From assembly GCA_951406725.2 (NCBI GenBank), contig OX597820.1:79360001-79424000 (forward strand): DNA of 64,000 nt. The letters run 5' to 3'. The notes beneath the pieces are model-generated. The model did no database searches and was not told the origin of the DNA. It worked only from the letters and a program-made list of their open reading frames with translations. Positions 51,688 to 64,000 of the stretch are shown piece after piece. Position numbers and translations under genes: made by a program. Origin of the DNA: Octopus vulgaris (lineage: Eukaryota). The stretch's first letter is position 1; every line of letters begins with the position of its first letter.

Positions 51688-53766
51688 ATACTCTTTCTGA
51701 ACATCAGGGGCCTTATAACACTCCAGCAACATAAAACACAATACCTAAGAGACCTTGTGACATGTAATCAAGCAATATGCATGTCACTAATAGAAACAAA
51801 CTCAAACATTCCCATGAAAAGGAAAGGGCAGAAAACAAGCCATACTTTCAATAACAATAAAGCGGCCCTAAGGCCTTCTATAGATATGTGAAAGAATCTG
51901 CTTCATTGTGTTACAAAATAGGACCACTACTTGATGAAAACAGCTCACCAACTGTGGACTCCCCAGAGGATCAGTGAATTACTGAAAGCACAATACAAGA
52001 GTGCTTTCAGCATACCACTGGGGAAGCTATCTGTGCCAGATAGGTTCTTTGACCCAAAAAGACAGGCATTGTGAAATGGCAGCTATTGATAACATCAACA
52101 TAGAGGAAACAAATGTGATATCAGCCATTGAAGAGCTGAGCTCAAACTCGGCAGTGGGCCCTGATGGATTCCCTGCAATCCTCCTAAAGAAATGTCAAAG
52201 AGCTCTAGCTAGACCACTTCAAATCCTTTTCCAGGAGTCCCTCAGAATGGGGAAACTCCCCCAAAAACTAAAAGTGGGAATAATATGCCCTATCCATAAG
52301 GGAGAAAGCAGGGCAGGGACTAGGAATTATAGACCTGTCTCCCTGACCTCCCACATCAGTAAAAGTCATGGAGCTCATTGTTGGGAAAAAACTGATTGAG
52401 TTCCTAGAGGACAAAAACCTGCTCTCGGATACCGAACTTGGTTTTCGCCCGTGAAGGAGCTGTCTTACACAGCTTCTGCGACACTATGATTGGGTACTGA
52501 AGCAATTAATGAACTGCTCAAAGGTGGATTTGGTATACCTTGACTTTGTGAAGGCATTTGACAAGGTTGACCATGGAATGATATGCCACAAAATACAAGG
52601 ACTCAGCATCACCAGTAAAGTCAGAGAGTGGCTGCATGATTTCTTGAAGGACAGGAGTCAAACTGTAACAGCCAACGGAGCTCTCTCCACAGAGACACCA
52701 ATAGTGAGTGAAGTTCTGCAGGGTACTGTGCTGGGGCCATTGCTTTTCATGGTAGCCCTATCGGATATGCCATCAGTGACAGAAGCAGCCATACTTACCA
52801 GCTATGCTGACGACACAAAGGTCGCACAGTCAGCCAAGGAAACCTCTGATTCTACGCTCTTGCAGAAAGATCTAGATGCCATCTATACATGGGTTGAAGA
52901 TAACAACATGCAATTTAATACAAGTAAATTCAAGGTCCTCTGCTATCAGTTAAGCACTGCTCAGGAATCACAACATCAATATGTTGGACCAAGTGGAGCA
53001 ACGATCCCAGAATCAAATACGGTGTGTGATCTTGGAATAGAAATGAGCAACAATGCCTTATTTCACACACATATCAAGAAAATGGTAGTAGTATCCGGAA
53101 GACTGGCCAGTTTGATACTGAGAACCTTCCAGATAAGGGACCAAGAAACTATGATGACACTATGGAAGTCATTTATCCTCAGTCAATTGGACTACTGCTA
53201 TCAGCTATGGTCACCTTATACTACAAGGACGATAGCAGAGCTTGAAGCAGTCCAACGACATTACACAAAGAAAATTGCATCAATGGAATGACTGAGCTAC
53301 TGGGACAGATTGAAAGAGCCACAACTCTATTCCCTGGAATGAAGGCGGGAGAGGTATGCAGTGATATATATACATGGAAGATACTGGAAGGACTGGTACC
53401 AAACTTTGGAATAAAGAGCTACACAAGACCACAAACAGGACGTCACTGTGCTGACCTGCTTCATCTCGGGCAAGAACGATGTACTGCAATAGCTTGGGTT
53501 TCAAGGGCCCACAGCTGTTTAACTGTCTGCCGAAGCATCTGAGGAGCCTCCTTGGAGTGGATGTAGATGTTTTCAAATGTAAACTTGACCTCTGGCTCAC
53601 CAAGATCCCAGATGAGCCAATATCTAGGCAGGACACTCAAGAGGGCAGTAACATCGAACTCCATCCTTCACCAAAAGCCGCTCCAACAAAGGTGGAGAGT
53701 GGAAAGGTGATCACAATGGCAGTGCTCCAGCATGGCCACAGTCATTGGATTGAAACATATAAAAGA
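51688..53766 (+). mobile_element. CR1-group LINE ORF2 pseudogene (APE start, internal deletion, RT, 3' end)
   Basis: Encodes LFLNIRGL..SLIET; GPDGFPAILLK; NYRPVSLTS; VYLDFVKAFDKVDHG; QGTVLGPLLF; YADDTK; LDYCYQLWSP, with frameshifts and stops. Confidence 0.92.
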
Positions 53767-53787
53767 ATATATATATATATAAACACA

Positions 53788-54014
53788 CAGAGTGTTCAAA
53801 AAGTCTCTCTGCAGTATTTAATGGTTTCCGGGCAATTCTTGTACACTGATCCTTTACTTGCTCCCTAGAGAAAAAAGTCTGGTGGTGTTAAATCAGGTGA
53901 TCTTGGTGGCCAAAGTCCCTTCGAAATAATCCATTCGCCGAAAAACTCTTGTAGTGCCATGGTGATGCGCAGGATGAAAAAAATTCACTGCTGAGAAACT
54001 TTTTGAACACTCTG
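53788..54014 (-). mobile_element. Internally deleted Tc1/mariner derivative (227 bp)
   Basis: TIRs CAGAGTGTTCAAAAAGT / ACTTTTTGAACACTCTG; internal IISKGLWPPRSPDLTPPDFFL. Confidence 0.85.
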
Positions 54015-54239
54015 TGTGTATATATATATAAAATTGAATAAGGGTAGAAATTGATATTAATCAATTAAAACCAGTGGCCTAGCACATTAAAAAAATCCGA
54101 AGATTAAAATATTTTTTACATACAAAATTTAAAGGACTGATCACTAAAAATGGATGGTCAATATGCTAGATATAGACGTCAAAATCGCTATTTTCCACGA
54201 AGAATGTGTTTTCAAGAAAAAATCAGCACAGTTTTTTGG

Positions 54240-54269
<30 letters not shown>

Positions 54270-54275
<6 letters not shown>

Positions 54276-54508
54276 TAAATTTTAGAAAACATAAATCTGG
54301 ATAAGAAGCACTCTCTAAAAAGTAAAGTAGCCAATGTTTTTTACTGGGAAAGGCCGGTTTATGGGGTTAGCCAGGGTTTCCTGTCCATATAGGGTTTAAC
54401 TTTTAAAGGTCTTAGGAGAACAGGTCTTGGGGGTCTAATGATACGCCATAAAGTTAAACCCTTTATGGATGGGTGACTCAGGGTAACCCCATAAACCAGC
54501 CATCCCCA

Positions 54509-54511
<3 letters not shown>
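54270..54511. repeat. Foldback insert in (TA)n: imperfect arms of about 62 bp (54342-54404 / 54449-54511) plus a left tail
   Basis: TACTGGG..GGTTTATGGGGTTA..AGGGTTTAACTTT and its reverse complement. Confidence 0.7.
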
Positions 54512-54550
<39 letters not shown>

Positions 54551-55084
54551 CATATATGTAGTATGTATATGTGTGTGTGAGTGTGTATATATATGTATGT
54601 GTACATATATATATATATGTGTGTGTGTGTATTGATGTACACACATGCATCTATATAACTGAAAGACAGACGTGCACAATGAAACTACTATGAACTATTA
54701 GGACATTTACTTCAATTATTAGCAAGTTAGGTGGAAAACACTCTGCACCCATTCTCATTTATGTAATATATACCAGCAAAATATTATATAATCTGCTCAC
54801 AGCACATAATGGTATCATTTGCGTATATGATCTTGTAGTTTGATAAAATACATATATTGTTGTTGTTTAGCTCGAGGTCAGCTGTGATTGAATAGGCTTT
54901 TGATGAAAGACATTCCATTCGTGACTGTCGTTTTTTTTTTTATAACAGGTAAAGTGTAATCAGTGTTACAGTGGTTAATATATTTCGTTTTTAACAGAGT
55001 AAGATGTAATTCGAGGGATATTTAACTGCTATTTCTAACGAGTTACAGAGACGTTCCCTTTCGTAGGTCTGATGTATTAATGTT

Positions 55085-56026
55085 GCATACATGCGCAGAG
55101 TTAAAGCGCGTGTTACTAACACAATCCGTGGCTATACTTGTGAACACCTGCTCATCTCCCTCCCTTCTTCAATAATTTATGTGAGTAGTCACATGACACA
55201 TGAGTGGTGCTGTAGCCTCGAGGTGAATTTTGCGCCCTCCCTGCCAATGGCCGCCATGTCTTTTAATTTCTTCATTCGTCTTCCTACCATTATCAATATC
55301 ACGAAATAATTCTCATCTGATAGGGTCAATGACACTATAGAAGCAGTTGTATCTGTTAAAGGAAATATGAAAATATATGTAAAACGTCCATGGATGAGGA
55401 GATTATTCGTTCAGTTGCTGTTATCTCCGAAACATTTATTACTTCAAACCTGAAAATGTAACCACTCCTTTAAGTTTAGAAGCTTTAAATCAATTAAAAC
55501 TTAAAGAATAGCTATAAGATTCCAAATATTATACATTTTGATGACTTTTTCACTAAACTGTGTTCAACAGTCACTTCCTTCCTGTTGAACTCAGTATATT
55601 TTATATCAAAACATGTAAATGTATTAACCTAAAAAAGCATCTAAAAGTCACACCATTAAAGTGTTCTAGCCTCGCGTTCCGTTCAATGAGTAACTCCCCT
55701 TGATTGCCCCTCTCTTTCTTTTTCTACATATTTTTTCTATCTCTCGCACGCATACACGTTGAGTAACTCCCCTTGTTACTCTCCTCCCTCTCTCTTCCTG
55801 CATGTATCCCTCCTTCTCTTGTCATTCTCTCCCCCTCTCTGTCTTCCTACTTATATCCATCTCGCTCTCTTTCTCTCTCACTAACCTCTAATAGTCTCTC
55901 TCTCTTTCACTCTCTCAATACTGTTGAAAGGACTACGACACCCCGCCAGCGGAAGCACCAACTATACGTCTTCTTTTCTAAACGTTGTCTTCGTTTTTAC
56001 TCAACACTTGGATTCTCCAGGTAAAT
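55085..56026. promoter_or_regulatory. Candidate promoter / first-exon region
   Basis: Repeat-poor with retained CpGs. NRF1-like ACATGCGCA (55089), CCAAT (55244), YY1-like GCCGCCAT (55250), splice-donor-like CAG|GTAAAT (56020/56021). Confidence 0.35.
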
Positions 56027-57922
56027 ATAATATAATATAATATATTCCATACCGACAAATATTACACACACTATTATCTGATTGCTTTCCATTACATCTC
56101 CGAGTTTGTATTCATTAACAACAGCTAGCCACACACAAATACATACCTACATACATATATATATATATATATACACATATACTTGTGCTATTTTTCTTGT
56201 AATTAAATGTGAATTATGTCAAGTATTCAAGTAATGGTATATAGTATAAAAAAAATATACTAGAAATAATTGTATATACTGATGATATTGTTTTTCTTTA
56301 TATAATTAAATCGTGACTGGTGATACCATTCCACCCTTCTCCGCCATACATCACCAATCCCAGTATAATGAATCTTTTTCACTTATACATCTCTCATTTA
56401 TATTAATTTCATCTCACACTAAAATATTCGCAACGATCTACTCGAATGGAATTCAACTGTCGTCGTTCGTTGTCGTTGCAGTCATTTCTGCTCCTTGTGT
56501 GCCATTTCCTTTACATGTTTCTTCTTGTTTTTTTTTTCTTTTCCCGACAACTCCCCCTTCTTTGACCGAGTGGGTGTGATGCGATTGTTTGTCCGTATAT
56601 AACAGCTGTTAAAAAGGGGGTAATATTCAAATATAAATAACCGAAACGATTTAAAACGAATATTGTAATTATCATACATTAAAAGCAATAATTTATTTTA
56701 ACAGTCACAGCATAATTAATGTCTATAAAGCATCTATTGACATCCCTTCTCTTCCTTTATCGTCCTATGTATGTATGTGTGTGTTCGTCTCTTCTATGAT
56801 GTCGACGACGACATCGAAATGGACTGTAAACGACGTGGAGACCAAACCTGACTGCACAAATTTCAATGTCACTATCCAAGTGCCTACGCAAACTTTATCA
56901 TCATCATCTCTTCTCTATGTTAATTGATGTTAAACGTTAGAATATCTCTGACATAGTAATTGATTATCCATTTCTTGGCAATTAGTAATCACTAATTGAC
57001 TACGATGATGTCCTACTTTTACAATTATAATATTCTCATCCATCCATCCATTTCTATAGTACCTTATATATACATCAGTCACCTTCCTATTTTATTTTTC
57101 TATTGATATTCGCCTACACTGTTCGGTTCATTCACCTGTAACCTTTCCTTAAACACCAATATTATTTATCATCACCTCTTATAATCTGTGTGTTGCTTAT
57201 TTTGGCAATTGATTCTGCACTAATTCCGATATAATAATAATGATGATAATAATAATAATAATAATTATTATTATTATAGTAAAAGACGATAGAACCTCAT
57301 TTAATGCCGTGCTTTATTTGTGCCTTATTAGTTTGAGTCTGTCAGCAGCTTCAGTTTTGGTTGTCGAAAATAGATTTCGTGTTCTGACCCATTCCTGGAT
57401 CATCTACCCATCATTATTTACTCCTCATCTGATGACATTCACTGCCTAAAAATTGAATTATCTGTATATAATTGAGTATATAGACATTATTATTATTATC
57501 ATTTCCTTCTCGTGTTTTCTTTCATATGTATATGCGGGGCATTCCACCGTTTGCTGTGTTTTATACACTGTTGATCCCATCCATCTCTTATATATATAGC
57601 ATAACATATATATACATATATATATACGCACACACACACTATAAATGTCGGTACCTCATTTGCTATTACACACCCCTTTCAGACAGAATCGATAACAGTT
57701 GTGTCATTCAAGATCATCTGGTTTCATTCCCAGCATCACTGCTTAAATTTTCTCCAGTTGCGTGTTTTGAGACCTCAATATTTCTTTGGCAAGGTTACCG
57801 ATGCTGACTTTGGCACAATCTGTTGTAGCATCTTGAGACAACGAGAATGAAACAAACAGTTCAATCGAACTATTAACAAGAGAATATTTCCTCCCCCGTC
57901 TCATTGTTTATTGTTTTCGATT

Positions 57923-57983
<61 letters not shown>

Positions 57984-58185
57984 CCTGTGTTTCTTTTCTT
58001 TCATCGAAGTAAACAATCAGCGTTGTTTTTCTGTTTGTATTTATGTGTGAAAAAGGACATTTTTACGCATTCTTTTGCGAGGATCGTTCTCTCTTCGTCG
58101 ACATAGGAGTTTTAACTGAATTGTCGTCGATACACCCACCTAGTACTTTACTTCACTGCTTACGTGGTACATAGTGCAGGCGCAC

Positions 58186-58234
<49 letters not shown>

Positions 58235-59489
58235 GCGTGTTTGTATCCGTGTTATGCAAGCATATATAAATATACATGTTTGTATGGTATGTGTCTTTAT
58301 CTAAGCTGTACAAACATTGGCTGAAAAGCTTTTTCCTCCTATAAATTTGTTTCGTTATTTATATTCTTCTCCATCCAGAAATCGAATTCTGTTCGATTAT
58401 TCATATTGATTTTTATGAGCTTATCTGTAATTTTAATAGGCTTTGGATCTTAAGGACATCAGCTATCAGCTGCTTCCAGCATTTTATATATTCGTCCAGC
58501 GATGAATGTGTACGCGTATACACACACACACACACACACATCTATAAATTGTATATCTTATAAAAGAAAAGCTGTGGTGTTTTAGAAAATTATTTTAAAA
58601 ATTAGTATTATTACATTTTAAAATTTAATTTAGATTTGCCCAGTTTTAAGCTACGTTGGGGGGGAAACATTCTGTCATCGTGTCCTTTCACACGTTCACG
58701 CCCACTTCCTTCACTCACCGAAATTGCAGCTCTGAAACGTTCGTTGCTAGAAGTACGCGCGTGTATTTATATGTGTGTGTGTTATATGTGTGTGTGTGTC
58801 TAATCAAAATTTTGAGTTTTTTTAGCTGTTGGTAAGTAGTTCCTCTCAGACGAAAGTAGGTTTTTAAGAACCACCTGCAGTGTCACTTTCTGTGCCATAA
58901 ACTCACCAACACACTTTCTGTAGAACGTTTCTACTCAATTAAACATACATATATATATGTATATTTATATATGTAGTGTGTGCATGTGTATCATATATAT
59001 ATATATATATATATCTTGTCAGTTTGTTTTCTGTAAGACTGCCTGATACAAGAGAAAAAAAAAGAAAGAAAAAATTTTAATGGAATTTTCAATAATTTAA
59101 ACCTACCAACCCCCACACAGGTTTAATTGCCTTATAATTCTGGTGAGAACGAAGATCTTTTTTCTGTTTTCTGACAGCTGATGCTAGTTTGGATCAATAT
59201 TTAAAATAGGATTCTTATTATTATCCTTGTCAAAATGAATAGTTGCAAATTTCATGTTTTCCTCTAAAAAACACAAGTGTAGCATTCGTTTTTTTTGTTT
59301 TTGTTTTCTTTGAGATGAAGGGAAGACCTGAAATTTCCTCTTGGAAAATTCTCTTAGTAGTTTTGATTTATAATTCTTTTGAGTATTGTTGCCTTTCGCT
59401 TCATAATTGTTTGGTAGTTTAGTTCCAGAATGGCAAAATTCTACTTAAACTTGGCAATGAACTTTCAATTTAGCAGAAGAGCTATCTTT

Positions 59490-59845
59490 TCTTTTGCTTC
59501 AGTCACTAGACTGTGGCCATGCTGGGACAACATCTTGAAGAATTTTAGTCAAATGAATCAGTTCCCAGCACTTATTTTTATTTTAAGTCTGATACTTATT
59601 CTATCTGTCTGTTTTGCTGAACTGTTAAGTTACGGGGATGTAAACACACCAACATCGGTTATCAAGTGGTGGTGGTGGTGGACAAACACAGACAGGAAAA
59701 CACACATGATTGGCTTCTTTCAGTTTCTCTTTACCAAATCCATTCACAAGGCTTTGGTTGGATTAAAGCTATAGTAGAAAATACTTGCCTAAGGTGTCAC
59801 GCTGTGGGACTGAACCCAGAGTCATGTGATTGGGAAGCAAACTTC
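59490..59845 (-). mobile_element. SINE family A
   Basis: Tail, body and tRNA head are all recognisable. Confidence 0.8.
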
Positions 59846-62299
59846 TTTCCACACAGCCATGCCTAGCTTTGGTTGGCTTTATTATTTCTTTTCTGATTGT
59901 GATAACATTTATTGGTGCCACTTTAGTGTGCATTCCACCTGACCATTTACACTTTAGCATGAAGTCAAACCCCATGCCCTAACCCTAATCCTGATCTGGT
60001 AATCTCACAGCTAGACTATTGAGACTGTTGTAAACTGCATGCTAAAATAACCCCCATTTGTGTAAGCATTAATTCTATAAATCAGTTTATATTTCACTGG
60101 CAGGTTTATCTTTCTGTTTTGATATTTATGTGAAGGGTAGAATTAAAGTTTATTGCCCACAAGGAGCTAAACATAGAAGGGACAAACAAGAACAGACAAA
60201 AGGTTTAAGTCGATTACATTGACCCCGAAAGGATGAAAGGCAAAGTTGACCTCAGTGGAATTTGAACTCAGAACTTAATGGCTGATGAAATACTGCTAAG
60301 TATTTCGCCCGGTGTGCTAACCTTTCTGCCAGTGCGGAGGTTCTAAAAGACTTATGTTTTTTTTGGCATTCACTGAACCTTGCCCCTGTCCCAGCATCCA
60401 AGCTTTCTGTCAAGCTTTGTCTCTGTCAAGCTTTCCTCACCTTTCATCTTTCTCACACCTGTCTTTCTACTCTTCTAACTATGGCACAGTTCAGTAGCTG
60501 AGATCATATGAAAGCAGAATCTGCATGTATTTCAACCCCCACCCCAGTACTACCAATTACCACTCCCTAGACCTACTTCCTTTTAACAACCATACCTCAT
60601 TCTCAGTGTCCTCTTGTCCCACTTTATTTTCCACCATTCACTTCTATTCACTAAAATAGAAAGATTGGTTTAACATGTAATTGAACTTGCATTGCAGGTT
60701 CAGCTAACTGCAAGTTCAATGGCATTTGCTAGTGAGAAGCAAATTGCACATCAGTCTAACTGGAATGGTATCAAAATTAAGATATGACTAAAGATCTGGT
60801 ATATAACCCAAACATATGAAATTAATTTCAATGAATTTTGAATAAAAAACGAAACTTTTATATCCGATGCATTTTGTTTGAGTTTGATACCTAACATTTT
60901 AATTTAGATTGATAAAGTGCAGGTGTGGCTGTATGGTAAGAAGTGTACTTCCCTAACACATGATCTTGGATTCAGTCCCACTCTATGGCACCTTGGGCTA
61001 GTGTCTTCTACTATAGCCTCCAAGCCAACCAAAACCTTGTGAGTGGATTTGGTATGAGGAAACTGAAAGAAGACAGTTGTATATATCCACATACACACAC
61101 ATGTATATATATATAGTTGGAATTTACAGGACAACAAAAGACAAAGACAGGTGTATTAGTTTGACGCTCGGGAAGGTAAGAAAATCTTTTATGTTTCAAG
61201 CCTACGCTCTTCAAAAGAAAGGAACATGAGGAAATAAACAGAGAGAGAATAAAAAACTTGTGGATTAAGCGATCAAGTATGGCAACTGGTTGGAAAAAGT
61301 AGTTTAACAGGAGAGCTAGGAAGAAGGGGAGATAATAAAGTACTGGTGATCCCAAAACAAAGGGGCACATGCATGTGTGTATGTGAGAGTGTATGCATGT
61401 GGATAGGGGCTAGTGACTTTGATGTGTAGATGTGTGGGTGCTGGGAAGTGGTCAGTGCTGGTGTGGTGGTGTGTGTGTGTGTATGTATATATATATTCCA
61501 GCTGTAGAAACACCGCCAGATCTGACTGGCCTGGTACAGCCTTCGGGCTTCCCAGACCCCAGTTAAACCGTCCAACCCATGCTAGCATGGAAAGCGGACG
61601 TTAAACAATGATGATGATATAAAGTGTGTGTGTTACTGTCTCTTTGCATTGACATTGTGTAATGGCTGTAAACGATCATCATTGTCATACAAGCAGTGTT
61701 GCTCATTTCTTGTCTTCTCTGAAAATATGTCTGTTCATGGAGAAATATTACCTTATTTGGAAACCGGTGAGGATTGGCAACAATGGGAGGCATCTGGCCA
61801 TAGAAAACCTACTTTGACAAAATCCTGCCCGACTCATGCAAGCATAGAAAAGTGGTTGTTAAAATGATGATATTGGTGATGATGAAAGTGCCAGATGCTC
61901 TGTGTTTCTTTCAATTAATTCTAAATACAACAAAGAATTTAGTAAAATAACTTGGTAATCATTAAGCTAGTGTTAGGAACATAAATTGTGACTAAGGTTT
62001 GGTGGAAGATTTTAATTCAAAACTTACGAAAACAAGACATTTGTACTACAAAGCCAGAGGTGTTTTCAGCCGGGTTGGTATCAGAAGAGTTAAGGTATGT
62101 GTGTTTGTGGAGTGCTCAGCCACTTGCATGTTAATTTCATGAGCAGGCTGTTCCATTGATCGGATTAACTGGACCATTTATCATCATAGCTGATGGAGAG
62201 TCATGCCACCCCAGGAGAAATAAGACGGGCTATACAATAAATTAAGGAAAGCTTGTGATGGAGCTATGTAAACAGACCAAAATAAATAAGATAGTTTTC

Positions 62300-63720
62300 T
62301 AATTGATAAAATGTTAAATTGAGGAAGAAATAGTTTACATGTGAAAATACTTCTCATGAAAGTTGTAAACCTTGGTGATGGAGTAAACCATCGATGTCTT
62401 TTTTTTTTTCTTACATTGGCACCAATCCTAAACTTTTTAAGAAGAATGAGATTTCATTTGATTTAACTGAGCATGTAGAATATCATTTTGCGTACGTTTA
62501 TGATATACTACTGAACTGTTTTTGAGTTTTGCTGCATCTCAGGAAGGTCATTATGCCAACAGTAACACACACACACTGATTCTGTTTCACTTATTTGTCA
62601 ACTGTTTAACCGTTTATTTGAGTATCTAATTCTTTGATTAATTGTTTGGTCAATCAGACAGCTAGGTTTGTCAAAGACCTTTTGTCGTCATTTGTGACCC
62701 CTTCACTGACCTGCCGTAACACAGTGGTTCTCAACCATTTTTTATCTGTGGACCCCTTTGATTATTATTTCATCCTGGTAGACCTCCCCCATAGCCATTC
62801 AACATTTAAAAACTAGATTTATAGATACATCTTTCAAAATTCATATTTTGTTTATCACACATTCCCTTGTGTTGTCTGAACGATGTAAAATGTCAGAGAA
62901 AAAAACCTAGTTGTTTTTTGAAATAAATACGTGTAAAGCAAATCTTTTTCATGCATCCAGTTTACTATTTTGATTCTGTGGACCTCCCAAGATCTTATAT
63001 GAACCCTGGTTGAGAATCACTGCCCTATCACATGAATTCACATCAAGAATCTTGTAAACCAAATACAAGGATGAAATGTCTTTGAGCTTTCTCTCTGCTG
63101 TATACCATTGCCATGTCGAGTATGACTTTTACTTTACAGGAAAAGCTCACTAAATAAGACATCGATTCCAACAATTTATGCTGATGGACCTCCAACACAT
63201 TGTAGAATAGAGAAACTTGTATCAGCCAAAGACTGCAGGATGATCAAAACTGATATTTTTGTAATGAGTTGCAGCTGGCTTTAATGCTGTATTCTTGGAC
63301 CAAATGATTGGTATTCTTAATCTTGGCAAAAACTGTTATTTGTTTGATAGTGATTAGTAAATCTTTTATTAAGAACATTGGTTTGATAATGACAGCAAAT
63401 CTCCATGGTTTTAATAGGATCACATTATATTGTTTCTTTAATCCTTTCATAGCAATATTTCCTATAAAGTACAGAATTAATTGAAAGTAATTGTTGCAAT
63501 TAATTCTGAAAAATGTCCCAAGTACAAAGAGATTTTGTAAAATAAATAACTTGTTCCATTATTAAACTGACGTTTGGAATTAGATCTGACAAAAGGTCCT
63601 TCATCATCCACTTTTCCATTCTTCCATGGCTCAGATAGAGTTTACTGCACCTGTTTTAGGTAATATTTCTCCATCGTCAGACATGGTCTCACAGGATATT
63701 GGTAATGGATGACACTGCTG
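62300..63720 (-). mobile_element. Possible very old integrase-type (Ginger2/KRBA2-like) relic
   Basis: Scattered motifs in the expected order: HGRMEKWMMKDL..KSLC, AVIIKPMFLIKD, GGPS, KKFRIGANV. Heavily disrupted. Confidence 0.25.
62722..63022. mobile_element. hAT (Charlie-like) MITE, 301 bp
   Basis: TIRs CAGTGGTTCTCAACC / GGTTGAGAATCACTG; 8-bp flanks CCGTAACA / CCCTATCA (6/8 match). Confidence 0.85.
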
Positions 63721-64000
63721 GAGTCAGTAAAACTATTCTGACTCTGACTCACAATATTTTTATTCTTTAATATAAACCGGTTATAACATATAAGCCTACT
63801 CAAAGTACAAGCGTATACATATGCTTTCTGAGATATGTAGACCACTTTAATTACATAAAGGGAGTCGGAGTTGGAGGTGCCAATAGTAGAGGAGTCAGTG
63901 TTTTGTTTTGACTCCACAGCCCTGACTGCTTGTATGAGAGTGACACTCATTTACAACCACAAGGAGACTCAAACATACACTTGTATGCACTTACACACAC

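Noticed and set aside
56778-56927. Short ORF MMSTTTSKWTVNDVETKPDC..
   Set aside because: About 43 codons with no recognisable homology or splice support.

Overview
This is eukaryotic, AT-rich, repeat-dominated DNA. The long (TA)n/(CA)n tracts and the SINE/LINE families present look like an octopus or other cephalopod genome (inference). I recognise no intact host protein-coding gene. Almost all ORFs in the track are read-throughs of microsatellites or repeats. The window contains: (1) several tRNA-headed SINE families; (2) many 5'-truncated RTE LINE ends; (3) a CR1-group LINE, two diverged Tx1/L1-like ORF1 elements and a Penelope-like RT relic; (4) Tc1/mariner, Merlin, Helitron, hAT and piggyBac-type relics; (5) minisatellites; and (6) a repeat-poor, CpG-retaining, promoter-like block at about 54.7-59.4 kb. 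The most striking signal is about ten minimal hammerhead-ribozyme motifs in short non-coding inserts, most of them in (TA)n. Several of these inserts share a foldback layout of tail, arm, spacer and inverted arm, and one motif forms the 3' end of a tRNA-headed SINE. Two further points stand out: both Tx1-like elements abut the same 15-nt site in a SINE tRNA head, and a mariner carries a microhomology-flanked templated insertion. All alignments and folds were done by eye, so boundaries are approximate.
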